A DNA stretch of 58,778 bases from Promethearchaeota archaeon (GTDB taxonomy: Archaea; Asgardarchaeota; Lokiarchaeia; Sigyniarchaeales; SOKP01). The notes below the pieces were generated by a model, which did not search any database, was not told the origin of the DNA, and saw nothing but the letters and a program-made list of their open reading frames with translations. Each line of letters starts with the position of its first letter. Positions within the stretch are counted from its first letter, which is position 1. Shown piece by piece: positions 49,508 through 58,778 of this stretch. Both the position numbers and the translations under genes were made by a program. The DNA lies in contig JABXKD010000013.1 in assembly GCA_013375475.1 (NCBI GenBank), forward strand, positions 1 to 58,778, read 5' to 3'.

Positions 49508-50695
49508 TTATTTACAATGCATATATTGAAAGGGTGCTGCTGTATTTCTCCAAATTGCTATATCATTAAAACCTAATTTTTCTGCTTGGGTTTCTTCACC
49601 ATTTAGTGTATTTTTCATCTTTAACCACAGAACTTCTGAAAGTTCCTCTACGGTTTTTTCTCCTTTAATAATTGGACTCATATCAACATCAATGTTTTCT
49701 GCCATCCATTCACAAGTTTTCGGATTTCCACATAATTTTATAACAGGAACCACGGGATTTCCACAAGGAGTACCTCTTCCTGTCGTCATAGCAATAATAT
49801 TTGCTCCAGCTGCAGCTAATCCTGTCATAGATTCGACATCTAAACTTGGTTCGATCATGAGCCATAATCCTTTACTTTTAGGTTTCTCAGTATATTGAAT
49901 TAATCCTTGAATAGGAGATTTTCCTGCCTTTGCGATGGTTCCTAAACTTTTTTCTTCTATTGTTGTCAATCCGCCCTCAATATTCCCGGGAGTGGGTTGT
50001 ACTCCAAGAAAGTTAATACCTAATCCCTTCAGATTTTCTAAGAAACCGGAGAGTAACTCATGTATTTGTGCTGAGACATTTTTATCAATTGCTCGTTTGA
50101 TAAGTAAATGTTCAGTCCCAATCCATTCCGTAAATTCTGGTAATATAGAAGTCCCTCCAAATTTAACGATTCTATCAGATACAATTCCTAATGCGGGATT
50201 AGCTGATATTCCAGAAATTGAATCTGATCCTCCACATTCTAATCCTAGTACAATGTGGGAGAAATCGAATGGTTCCCTTTTCAACTCTTTTGCTTCTTCT
50301 GAAAATCTATTACCAAGTTTGACGCCTCTTTCTATAGCCGCTGGTGATCCTCCCTTAACTTCTTGTAAATCAAAAAATTCTACCGGTTTTTTTGATTTCT
50401 TATTATTTTTTGCCAATAATCTACTACTAATGTTTTCGCACCCTAACCCAACAACAATAGTTCCGAACACATTAGGATTCGCTCCTAAACCTATTAAGGT
50501 ATTTAGTGTATTGCTATAGTCTGGACCAAATTGGCCACATCCTAAAGGATGAGTAATTGCTACCGCACCATTTACTTTATCAGCGATTTGCTGAACTACA
50601 TGGTTTACGCATACGACTGATGATATAATGGCGATGTGATTTCTAATTCCTACTTCTCGGTTTGGTCTCTGATATCCCATAAATTCTTCTTTCAA
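49508..50695 (-). CDS. UxaA family dehydratase/sulfo-lyase large subunit (altronate dehydratase/SuyB-like)
   Basis: GIRNH, HPLGCGQ, GLGCE, LECGGSD, PTPGNIEGGLTTIEEKSLG, TTGRG. Confidence 0.88.
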   Translation of the reverse strand: MKEEFMGYQRPNREVGIRNHIAIISSVVCVNHVVQQIADKVNGAVAITHPLGCGQFGPDYSNTLNTLIGLGANPNVFGTIVVGLGCENISSRLLAKNNKKSKKPVEFFDLQEVKGGSPAAIERGVKLGNRFSEEAKELKREPFDFSHIVLGLECGGSDSISGISANPALGIVSDRIVKFGGTSILPEFTEWIGTEHLLIKRAIDKNVSAQIHELLSGFLENLKGLGINFLGVQPTPGNIEGGLTTIEEKSLGTIAKAGKSPIQGLIQYTEKPKSKGLWLMIEPSLDVESMTGLAAAGANIIAMTTGRGTPCGNPVVPVIKLCGNPKTCEWMAENIDVDMSPIIKGEKTVEELSEVLWLKMKNTLNGEETQAEKLGFNDIAIWRNTAAPFQYMHCK

Positions 50696-50982
50696 TCCTT
50701 CAACACCTCCTTAAGATATTGACTCGTGAGATTATGAGTATGTATCCAATCTCCTCTCTTTATATCTTTAGTAGCAACTCCTATTGACTGACCGTACTTT
50801 TTTATAAGTTCATCCTTATTGATATCTTTTAAAGCAAACTTGTGACCTAAGGGTATATTTTGGTTAATTGCGATGACATTCTCATCTACTTCAAATTCAG
50901 TATCTTTTTGTATATCGTTTAGGGTAGTAGCGCAATTATCAACTAAATTCATTATGATATATGCTTTCTTTTGATTAGGCAT
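50692..50982 (-). CDS. UxaA family small subunit (SAF domain, SuyA-like)
   Basis: DNCAT, IPLGHKFAL, KYGQSIG, IHTHNL; 4-nt overlap with the large subunit. Confidence 0.88.
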   Translation of the reverse strand: MPNQKKAYIIMNLVDNCATTLNDIQKDTEFEVDENVIAINQNIPLGHKFALKDINKDELIKKYGQSIGVATKDIKRGDWIHTHNLTSQYLKEVLKD

Positions 50983-51099
50983 AATTATTTACTTTTTATC
51001 TACATTCTGTTATGACTTTTATACATTCTAAACATTTAAATTATTTAATAATTTCACTTGCAACATATTTCTAAAAATTAACACTTAGGTGTAAAAAAA

Positions 51100-52938
51100 A
51101 TGCCAAATGGATATTTAGGTAAAATTTTATGGGTAAATCTAACTGAAGAGACATTTCAAGAGGAGAATTTGCCTGAAGAATTATATCGTCAATACATTGG
51201 AGGGTATGGTTTAGCAACGAAAATTCTTTATCAAAATATGCCAGCAAAGGTAGATGCATTATCGCCCGAAGCAATCCTTGGATTTTTCCCAGGATTGTTA
51301 ACGGGAACAGTAGCACCACTCTCTGGTCGATTTATGGTAGCTGGAAAATCTCCCCTCACTGGAACGTGGGGTGACTCTAACTGTGGAGGTTATTTCGGCC
51401 CTGAAATTAAAAAATGCGGCTACGATGCTATCTTGTTTAAAGGTGCAGCAAAAACTCCAAAGTATATAACAATTTTAGACGGAGAAAAACAAATACTAGA
51501 TGCTTCAGAACTTTGGGGCTTAGACGCAGTTCAAACTGAAGAAAAACTGCTCGAGAAGTATAGTAGAGCTCAAGTAGCGAGTATAGGCCAATCGGGAGAA
51601 AAATTATCTTTAATCTCTGGAATTGTAACTGATAAAGCAAGACTTGCTGGAAGATCAGGATTAGGCGCAGTTATGGGCTCTAAGAAGTTAAAAGCAATCG
51701 TGCTTAAAGGAAATCAATCTATTAACGTTTCAGATAAGAATAAACTACTTGAAAGCACTAAGAGCTACAATGAATCTATACAAAATGCTACTAGAGGTGC
51801 AGTGGCTGCCTTTAGAACTATGGGTACCACCTTTGGGAATACTATTTCTTTTCAAATTGGAGATACACCATGTAAAAACTGGGGTGGAACTAAAGAAGAT
51901 TTTCCAGACGAGAGGCTAAACAAAATATCCGGACCGGAATTATTAAAGTTTAAGCAAAAGTCGTATGGGTGTTTTTCTTGTCCTGTTCAATGTGGAGCCA
52001 TTATGAAGGTACCTGAAGCTAATATTGAAGAGACCCACAGACCTGAGTACGAAACATGCGCGAGCTTCGGACATTTGTTATTAAACGATGATCTCGTATC
52101 GATTTTTGCTGCTAACGACCTATGTAATCGAGCCGGTTTAGATACGATTTCAGCCGGAGGTACAATAGCGTTCGCAATTGAATGTTTTGAAAATGGACTT
52201 CTAAGCGTAGATGACACGGATGGTATAGAATTGACATGGGGAAATTCAAATGCTATAATAGAAGTCCTGAAAAAAATAATTACTCGGGAAGGAATTGGCG
52301 ATCTATTAGCTGATGGATGCAAAATTGCATCTGAAAAGATAGGAAAAGGTAGTGAAACTTATGCTATTCATGCTTTGGGTCAAGAACTTGGAATGCATTC
52401 ACCAAAATATTACAAGAGCATGGGTGCTTCGTTTGCGTTCGATCCAACTCCTGGAAGACATACAACTGCTTCTCTTGATATGCTAGCTGGAGGACCTTTA
52501 ATGAAGCCTAACGGATTATTCGACGGATTTTCCTTACCAGAGAAATTTAAAAGACGTGGAGAAGATAGAAGCGAAGCCGAAAAGTTAATTGCTGGCTTAT
52601 GGCAAAGCTTCAATAGTTTAGGGTTATGCGAATTCCTAGCGTTCTATCTTCAGTATCCTTTAAAAGAATTAATCAAATCAATTGTAGGTTGGGATTTATC
52701 TGTGAATGATTTGGTTAAAATCGGACTTAGGATACAAACACTTAGACAAGCTTTTACTCTACGTGAAGGCGTAGATATTATAAACAGTAAATTGTCTGAA
52801 AGAACTGTATCTATTGATTATTTAGAAGATTACAAAGGATATTGTGAGAAAATGGGATGGAATCCTGAAAATGGCTATCCACTCAAAGAAACATTGACAA
52901 ATCTTAATTTAGATTTCGTCGTAAAAGATTTATATTAA
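51100..52938 (+). CDS. aor: Tungsten-type aldehyde:ferredoxin oxidoreductase
   Basis: KSPLTG, GYD, GRSGLGAVMGSKKLKAI, CFSCPVQC, PEYET, GLDTIS, SLGLC. Confidence 0.92.
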   Translation: MPNGYLGKILWVNLTEETFQEENLPEELYRQYIGGYGLATKILYQNMPAKVDALSPEAILGFFPGLLTGTVAPLSGRFMVAGKSPLTGTWGDSNCGGYFGPEIKKCGYDAILFKGAAKTPKYITILDGEKQILDASELWGLDAVQTEEKLLEKYSRAQVASIGQSGEKLSLISGIVTDKARLAGRSGLGAVMGSKKLKAIVLKGNQSINVSDKNKLLESTKSYNESIQNATRGAVAAFRTMGTTFGNTISFQIGDTPCKNWGGTKEDFPDERLNKISGPELLKFKQKSYGCFSCPVQCGAIMKVPEANIEETHRPEYETCASFGHLLLNDDLVSIFAANDLCNRAGLDTISAGGTIAFAIECFENGLLSVDDTDGIELTWGNSNAIIEVLKKIITREGIGDLLADGCKIASEKIGKGSETYAIHALGQELGMHSPKYYKSMGASFAFDPTPGRHTTASLDMLAGGPLMKPNGLFDGFSLPEKFKRRGEDRSEAEKLIAGLWQSFNSLGLCEFLAFYLQYPLKELIKSIVGWDLSVNDLVKIGLRIQTLRQAFTLREGVDIINSKLSERTVSIDYLEDYKGYCEKMGWNPENGYPLKETLTNLNLDFVVKDLY

Positions 52939-52948
52939 AGATACTTCA

Positions 52949-52967
52949 TTTTTTTTCATTTTTTTTT
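52949..52967 (+). terminator. Oligo-T terminator-like tract (T8-CA-T9)
   Basis: About 10 nt after the aor stop, between convergent genes. Confidence 0.5.
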
Positions 52968-52984
52968 GTAAAATATAGAATATT

Positions 52985-54169
52985 TTAAGAAAACCTTTTT
53001 CCAAATCCCCTGTACGTTTTGTACTTATCAATAAATTCTCCCTTAGTATAAACATTAATTTCATTGAAATGCTCTAATGGTTCTCCTGCTTTACTAAATC
53101 TGCAGAATATTGGATCTCCAAGACTAACCCGTGATTCTTCTGAATTAAAAATGAAGGGCGTCTGAACTTCACCAAATCCTTCATCTTTTGATAATTTTAA
53201 ATTCTCTGGAATTACTGGTAAAGGCAATGCTCTTACGCTACCAGAACTTATATATCCCCCTGAAAACGCAGTTGCTATGTTTTCTCTGGGTTTTCTAACA
53301 ATTTGTAAAACAAAAAATAGAGATGGAATATAATCATCTAGAGAGTTAATCGCATCGAAAATATGCGACTTAAAAAGTAATGAGCCAATCCCTATTTCCG
53401 TTATAGATGGTTCGGCGGCGGTTTCCTGATAACATCCTGATCCTCCTCCGTTTACGACTTCAGGAGGGAATCCTGCATTAATTAGAGCATCTACGATATT
53501 TTGTCGCAACAAATTTACGCGTTTTCGAGATCGTTTCTTTGCGTATCGGAATAATATTTTATCGTCCCCAATACTTGCATTCTGAGCTTCGTAACCCATT
53601 ATCCCTCGAAAGCGTAAGTGAGTCTTTTTACTAATTATATGAGTAAGATTTACTACGACCTCAGGTTTCCTTATAGGACTTCTATAAACACCAACATTTC
53701 TCCCTAGTAGAGTATCTGCTACATCAACCTCAATCAATGTACTGAGTTCAACATTGTTTTTAGCAGCAATACTTTCTAGAAGATCAATCTGTGTAGTATC
53801 ATCCACCATTACCGTAATAGTTACCCCTTCTATTTTTGCTGCTTGGCACAATTCTTCTACATCAACCTTGGACATAGTAGGATAACCCAACAATATGTCT
53901 TTGGTTTTGTAGTTTTCTGCGTAAAACAAAGCTTCAGCTGAGTTATAGGTAAATATGCCATTAACAAAATCTTCTTTTTCTACTCTATTTACTAACTCAG
54001 GTACTCTAATTGATTTAGTACAAAGCCTTAGACTTTTTTTCGACTCCTTAAGATGCTTACCGACTCTCTCTAGATTCTGGTTGAAAGCATCAAGATCACA
54101 AATTACCAATGGAAATTTCTGGTTTTTTACTAAATTCTTTAATTCTTCATAAGTAGATGTTAAAATCAA
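52985..54169 (-). CDS. Fold-type III PLP enzyme (D-serine dehydratase/D-threonine aldolase-like)
   Basis: LRLCTKSIRV (PLP Lys), LLGYP, GIMGYEAQ, NGGGSG, GFGEVQTP. Confidence 0.8.
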   Translation of the reverse strand: MILTSTYEELKNLVKNQKFPLVICDLDAFNQNLERVGKHLKESKKSLRLCTKSIRVPELVNRVEKEDFVNGIFTYNSAEALFYAENYKTKDILLGYPTMSKVDVEELCQAAKIEGVTITVMVDDTTQIDLLESIAAKNNVELSTLIEVDVADTLLGRNVGVYRSPIRKPEVVVNLTHIISKKTHLRFRGIMGYEAQNASIGDDKILFRYAKKRSRKRVNLLRQNIVDALINAGFPPEVVNGGGSGCYQETAAEPSITEIGIGSLLFKSHIFDAINSLDDYIPSLFFVLQIVRKPRENIATAFSGGYISSGSVRALPLPVIPENLKLSKDEGFGEVQTPFIFNSEESRVSLGDPIFCRFSKAGEPLEHFNEINVYTKGEFIDKYKTYRGFGKRFS

Positions 54170-54309
54170 AATCCATTCAACCTTCGCATTAAGTAATTAA
54201 ATAGTAATACATGTAAATTACTTTTTAGCTTTTGTCAAATGTAAAGAGATATGTGTAAACAAAATTTTAGTGGAGCGCTATAAAAAAAAGAAAAAAATAC
54301 TAAATTGAA

Positions 54310-54705
54310 CTATAACACAGCGATTGCACTAATTTCTATTTTCATGCTAGGGAGAGGCAAATTGGATATTTCCACAGTAACCCTTGAAGGGTAAGCTTTT
54401 GAAACGCCGTTATCATCAAAAAATTTTTTGTAAACTCCGTTCATTTCGCTAAACTCGCTAATATTTTTTAAAAATATTGTTGTTCTAACTATACTCGAAA
54501 CTTTACCTCCCCCAGCTTCTACGATCTTTTTTATTTTATTTAGTGTAGATAAGGTTTGTTCTTTAATATCTTCATCAGATTGCGCCGAAACTTGACCAGA
54601 AATAAATACTAAATTACCAGCTTTAATACCTGGATTATAAGGTCCAACAACGGGAGTTCCCGGGTTAATCATTTCAATATCTGGCATAATTAATTTAACT
54701 CTCAA
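54310..54705 (-). CDS. RidA/YjgF family enamine/imine deaminase; start probably 54687
   Basis: GPYNPG, FISGQ, MNGVY, YPSR (catalytic Arg), KIEI. Confidence 0.9.
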   Translation of the reverse strand: MRVKLIMPDIEMINPGTPVVGPYNPGIKAGNLVFISGQVSAQSDEDIKEQTLSTLNKIKKIVEAGGGKVSSIVRTTIFLKNISEFSEMNGVYKKFFDDNGVSKAYPSRVTVEISNLPLPSMKIEISAIAVL

Positions 54706-54836
54706 TTCTTTTAATAGATTTTTATCATGATTAATGTGAAATATGAAAAAGTTTAACTGACCTTCCTATCTCTAATAAAAACGAAAAAGATATTTGATAG
54801 TGAACCTATTTTTATTTATTATTAAAGCTAATTTAG

Positions 54837-56198
54837 ATGAACAATATTATGTCTAAGAAACTATCAACTCAACCACTTAGAGGAATGGAAGATTATTATC
54901 CTTCTGATTTGCGGGAAATAAACTGGATAATTGATACTATACGAGATATTGCGGATTTGTATAGTTATGAAGAATTCGAAAGCCCTAGCTTGGAGCCCAT
55001 CGAGATTTTCGCCGCTAAATCTTCTGATGAGTTAGTAAATGAACAATCGTTCATAGTTGAGAAAAAAAAAGGAGAAAAATTAATTTTAATTCCTGAACTT
55101 ACTCCATCATTAGCACGTATGATCACTGCTAAAAGGCAAGAATTAAAAAAACCTATTAGGTGGATTTCAGTTCCGACATGTTATCGCTACGAAAGACCTC
55201 AAAAAGGTAGACGACGGGAATTTAAGCAGATAAATATGGATATTCTTGGAGAGAATAGTCTTTATGCTGATCTTGAGATATTTAATATTATTGTGGACAT
55301 TTTTTCTGAATTTGGTGCTACATCAAAACAATTCCAAATTTACTACAATAATAGGCGTTTTATAGATTCTGTATGTGAACTAATCTTACAAGTTCCAAAA
55401 GAAAAAATACCTTTAGTATATAAAATATTAGATAAAGCTGATAAGATGGAAGATTCAGAATACGAGAAGTATATTTTGGATAATTTTCAAAACGAATTGA
55501 TTATCCAAGGTATTTACAAACTAAAGGAAGCTACTAGTTTAGATGACATTTTAAACAAGTTTGATGATATCTCTGATGATTTCTACGAATCCAAAGGTTA
55601 TCAAGAATTAACATCATTTATACAACTTCTAAAAGATGCAGAAATCTCAGAATATTGTACTTTTTCTCCAGGTGTGGTACGTGGTCTGGATTATTATACA
55701 GGAATAGTGTATGAGGTTTTTGATACAGGAAAAGAAAATGTTAGAAGTATTTTTGGCGGTGGGCGCTACGATGATCTGCTAACTTTATTTTCTGATGAAA
55801 AAATTACTGGAACTGGATTTGGAATGGGTATATTAATGTTCTCTTTATTTCTGAAGACATATGATCTAATACCCGAAGAAATTCGAGAAAAAGATTATAC
55901 CGATACTATTTACATTTCCTCGATTAATGATGATGTTACAAATTTCGCATTAAAATTAGCTCGTATGATTAGAGCTGAAGATTTTCCTTGTATTGTGGAC
56001 TATCGTTTTTCAAATCTTAAAAACCAATTGAGTAAAGCCAATGAACTAGGAGTTTTGATCGTATTAATAATTGGCCCAAAAGAAATGGAACAAAATAAAG
56101 TAACGATAAAAAATATGAGAACTGAAGAACAAGAAACAATAGAAATTGGTTCCCTTATTGACAAAATTTACGATATAATTGATGAATCAGAACCGTAA
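54837..56198 (+). CDS. hisS: Histidine--tRNA ligase
   Basis: RGMED, PELTPSLAR, YRYERPQKGRRREFKQ, VRGLDYYTG, GGGRYD, GFGMG. Confidence 0.97.
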   Translation: MNNIMSKKLSTQPLRGMEDYYPSDLREINWIIDTIRDIADLYSYEEFESPSLEPIEIFAAKSSDELVNEQSFIVEKKKGEKLILIPELTPSLARMITAKRQELKKPIRWISVPTCYRYERPQKGRRREFKQINMDILGENSLYADLEIFNIIVDIFSEFGATSKQFQIYYNNRRFIDSVCELILQVPKEKIPLVYKILDKADKMEDSEYEKYILDNFQNELIIQGIYKLKEATSLDDILNKFDDISDDFYESKGYQELTSFIQLLKDAEISEYCTFSPGVVRGLDYYTGIVYEVFDTGKENVRSIFGGGRYDDLLTLFSDEKITGTGFGMGILMFSLFLKTYDLIPEEIREKDYTDTIYISSINDDVTNFALKLARMIRAEDFPCIVDYRFSNLKNQLSKANELGVLIVLIIGPKEMEQNKVTIKNMRTEEQETIEIGSLIDKIYDIIDESEP

Positions 56199-56260
56199 CA
56201 ATATCTTTTAAGGTTTGAAAACACGAACATTATTAAGATTCCACGCAATTTATTTTATTT

Positions 56261-57223
56261 ATGAATCTAAAACTCAAAAAATTTGATGTTTTCTATATCG
56301 TTGGCTTAATTGCTGCAACAATTTTCATGGTTCTTGAATTCATATTTGGATTTGTTGCATTGAACATTACTTACTTAATTTTCTTTTGGACAATGAAGCT
56401 TCTCTCTGGTTTTGGGTTGGTATTGACTGTGTCAAATGCTATATTGTGGATTCTCAATCGTTTTACTGAGAAATTTAGTAAAAAAGAAGTTCAAGCTCTT
56501 GTAATTTTTCAATTGATAATCCCAGGGATTCTCATAGGATACGCGATTTATAGTATAGTTTCTAGCTTACCTCCCACCATACCTCCGACAGGCATACAAT
56601 ATTGGATCGATCTTCTAGTATTTCTTTATGGTGTTATCTCACTGATACTAACATTATATATAATTCCCTTAATTAAAGAAGAATTTCAGGAAGCTGCAGA
56701 CGAAGGAGTAGTAGATCGTGTAAAGAGAGAAGCAAAAGAAATAGGAAGAAAAATAAAGAAAGGATACTTTAGCTTGAGAAAAAAGTATGCGAAAGTTCAA
56801 ATTCAAGATCAAATGACATTAGGAGATGTCCTGGATATCTGGAGAAATCGATTTGCAGTGTATTTACTTATCCCGATTGCAATAGGTTCCCTCATCTTTA
56901 CCCCTGTAGCGTTTGTTTGTATTATCTTTTGGTTAAAAATATTTGTTTTTGATAAAGGAGAACCTAAGTTATACGAAAGAATAGCTTTACTTATTTCTAT
57001 GATTTGGATCGCAACGATTACATGCTTATCTTACGCTTTTAAACTCGTATTCTTTACATCGATAGAGCCATTTTTCTGGACCATTCAAGTGTTTTACCTC
57101 GTCGGAATATTGATTTCCACCTGCATTTATCTTTATCGATTCATTAAACTTAAAGGAATAACGATAAAAAAAGTTAAGGAAGAGATCCGTGAAAGAAGAT
57201 CGGCTAACGCCAATAAGGATTAA
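56261..57223 (+). CDS. Hypothetical integral membrane protein
   Basis: About 7-8 hydrophobic segments with a central basic loop. Confidence 0.7.
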   Translation: MNLKLKKFDVFYIVGLIAATIFMVLEFIFGFVALNITYLIFFWTMKLLSGFGLVLTVSNAILWILNRFTEKFSKKEVQALVIFQLIIPGILIGYAIYSIVSSLPPTIPPTGIQYWIDLLVFLYGVISLILTLYIIPLIKEEFQEAADEGVVDRVKREAKEIGRKIKKGYFSLRKKYAKVQIQDQMTLGDVLDIWRNRFAVYLLIPIAIGSLIFTPVAFVCIIFWLKIFVFDKGEPKLYERIALLISMIWIATITCLSYAFKLVFFTSIEPFFWTIQVFYLVGILISTCIYLYRFIKLKGITIKKVKEEIRERRSANANKD

Positions 57224-57345
57224 AATTTACCGGAAATTTCCTTAACAAAAATAAACTTTTTCTTTTTTTTTAATTAAAATATCAAGAATAATAAAGACCG
57301 TTTCCTATTAATATTTAAACTGCACAATTCCTAAATACTATAATC

Positions 57346-58266
57346 ATGAATTTTATTGAAGATGTAATTCAATCAATTATAGATAAACGCAGTGTTGTAT
57401 GTATGGGATTGGACCCTAGACTAGATAAAGAAGGGGAAATTCCACAATTTCTAATCAACGAATTAGAAGATCCAAACAAAATAATACTTGAATTTAATAA
57501 AACGCTAATAGACAATACATTCGATTTAATCCCAGTTATAAAACCACAAATAGCTTTTTACGAAAAATACGAAGCTCTGAACGCTTTAAAAAACACTATT
57601 AAGTATGCTCACAAAAAAGATTTACTTGTCATTTTAGACTCAAAAAGAAATGACATTGGATCAACTTCAGAAGCGTACGCATATTCTACCTTTAAAGTTT
57701 TTAATGCGGATGCGTGCACTTTAAATGCTTATCTCGGAATTGATGGAGTTAAACCATTTTTAGAGTATAAAGAAAGAGGTAAATTTATCCTAGTTAAGAC
57801 ATCAAATCCTAGTAGTAAAGATTTTCAAAATATTTTCAGTGCAAATATTCCGAATATAGTAGAATCCAAAACCGAAATTAAAGTAGATAAAATCACTCTT
57901 GAAAGAAATTATATTAAAATGGCGAGACTCGTCTATGATTGGGGAAATAAATTAGACCAATTTTCAGGATTCCATAATTTAGGTGTAGTAGTAGGTGCTA
58001 CATTCCCGGAGGAACTAAATGCCGTACGAAAAGTAATTAGAAATTCTTTCATATTATTACCTGGGTTCGGTGCTCAAGGAGCTACGGCGGACGATATAAG
58101 ATCTGGATTTAACCAAAACGGATTAGGAGGAATAGTAAACTCATCAAGATGTATAATCTATGCATATTCTAAGAATAAAAAATACGCTCCAAATAAATTC
58201 GGTGAAGCGGCGAGAGAAAAAATTGTTGAAATGAATCAAGAAATTAATAAAGAGATTAATTTATGA
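57346..58266 (+). CDS. pyrF: Orotidine-5'-phosphate decarboxylase
   Basis: CMGLDP, KPQIAFY, DSKRNDIGST, VKTSNP, VVGAT, LPGFGAQG, NSSR. Confidence 0.95.
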   Translation: MNFIEDVIQSIIDKRSVVCMGLDPRLDKEGEIPQFLINELEDPNKIILEFNKTLIDNTFDLIPVIKPQIAFYEKYEALNALKNTIKYAHKKDLLVILDSKRNDIGSTSEAYAYSTFKVFNADACTLNAYLGIDGVKPFLEYKERGKFILVKTSNPSSKDFQNIFSANIPNIVESKTEIKVDKITLERNYIKMARLVYDWGNKLDQFSGFHNLGVVVGATFPEELNAVRKVIRNSFILLPGFGAQGATADDIRSGFNQNGLGGIVNSSRCIIYAYSKNKKYAPNKFGEAAREKIVEMNQEINKEINL

Positions 58267-58271
58267 GACAT

Positions 58272-58688
58272 TTACATGAAAAAACTAGGTAAACTTGAAC
58301 CAAAAATAACCATTATTAGCATTATTGGAACAAATGTAAGTACGACTACTATAAGTGAGCGCTTCAAACCAATCTGATGTAAAATATTAATTACATTGAA
58401 ATCAATAAATATTGAAAGGAGAATAATCGGTACTAAGCCTTCAGGTTCTCCACGATAAGCACCCATAATCCCAAGCAAAAATAAAGGAGAACTAATAATG
58501 AAAACTACTCCAAATTGAATCAAAAAGCTTCCCGCAACCCATTTCATCCGAGTTCTTTTTTTTGCTTTAGTTGCTACTAATCCAAGCTTAAGTAATAAGA
58601 TATCTCCTACAGCAAATGCAACCATAATGATTATTGGGAATAGTTTCTCCATAGGAATAGTTCCCATTTGGAGGATAGTTAAAAACAT
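58272..58688 (-). CDS. Small hypothetical membrane protein
   Basis: About 4 TM segments; convergent with pyrF. Confidence 0.6.
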   Translation of the reverse strand: MFLTILQMGTIPMEKLFPIIIMVAFAVGDILLLKLGLVATKAKKRTRMKWVAGSFLIQFGVVFIISSPLFLLGIMGAYRGEPEGLVPIILLSIFIDFNVINILHQIGLKRSLIVVVLTFVPIMLIMVIFGSSLPSFFM

Positions 58689-58778
58689 TTTACATCAATG
58701 TCCTGAAAAATCAATTATAATTGATTAACGAATATTTTTTATTCAATTAATATAAAACATATATAAAAAAAGACTGAT

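Noticed and set aside
49935-50519. 194-aa antisense ORF
   Set aside because: Shadow of the UxaA large subunit; no motifs.

Overview
AT-rich, densely coding archaeal chromosomal window. Ftr, a methanogenesis-marker-9 domain, a tRNA intron with a bulge-helix-bulge-like motif, an FrhB domain, AOR, two UroD/MtaA-like paralogs and a longin-like protein together suggest an anaerobic Asgard archaeon, probably Lokiarchaeia; this is an inference, not a database result. About 55 CDS, one intron-containing tRNA-His and one gene remnant were found. I saw no CRISPR array, rRNA, transposase or integrase. The most notable items are: (1) two tandem ABC exporter modules whose ~880-aa permeases are each fused to a motif-intact CPBP (CAAX/Rce1/Abi) intramembrane protease; (2) a 2-oxoacid:ferredoxin oxidoreductase operon (delta-alpha-beta-gamma) followed by an FrhB-like/PyrK(NfnA)-like fusion that could link ferredoxin, F420 and NAD(P); (3) a 138-bp, ~88% identical duplicate of the 3' end of a radical SAM gene that brackets a 5.6-kb segment carrying a RecB/Cas4-like nuclease-XPD helicase fusion; (4) tRNA-His(GUG) with an encoded G-1 and a 30-nt intron in the variable region; (5) a longin/uDENN-like protein convergent with an AAA ATPase that may carry a dead restriction-endonuclease fold. 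All family calls come from motifs read by eye; no searches were run.
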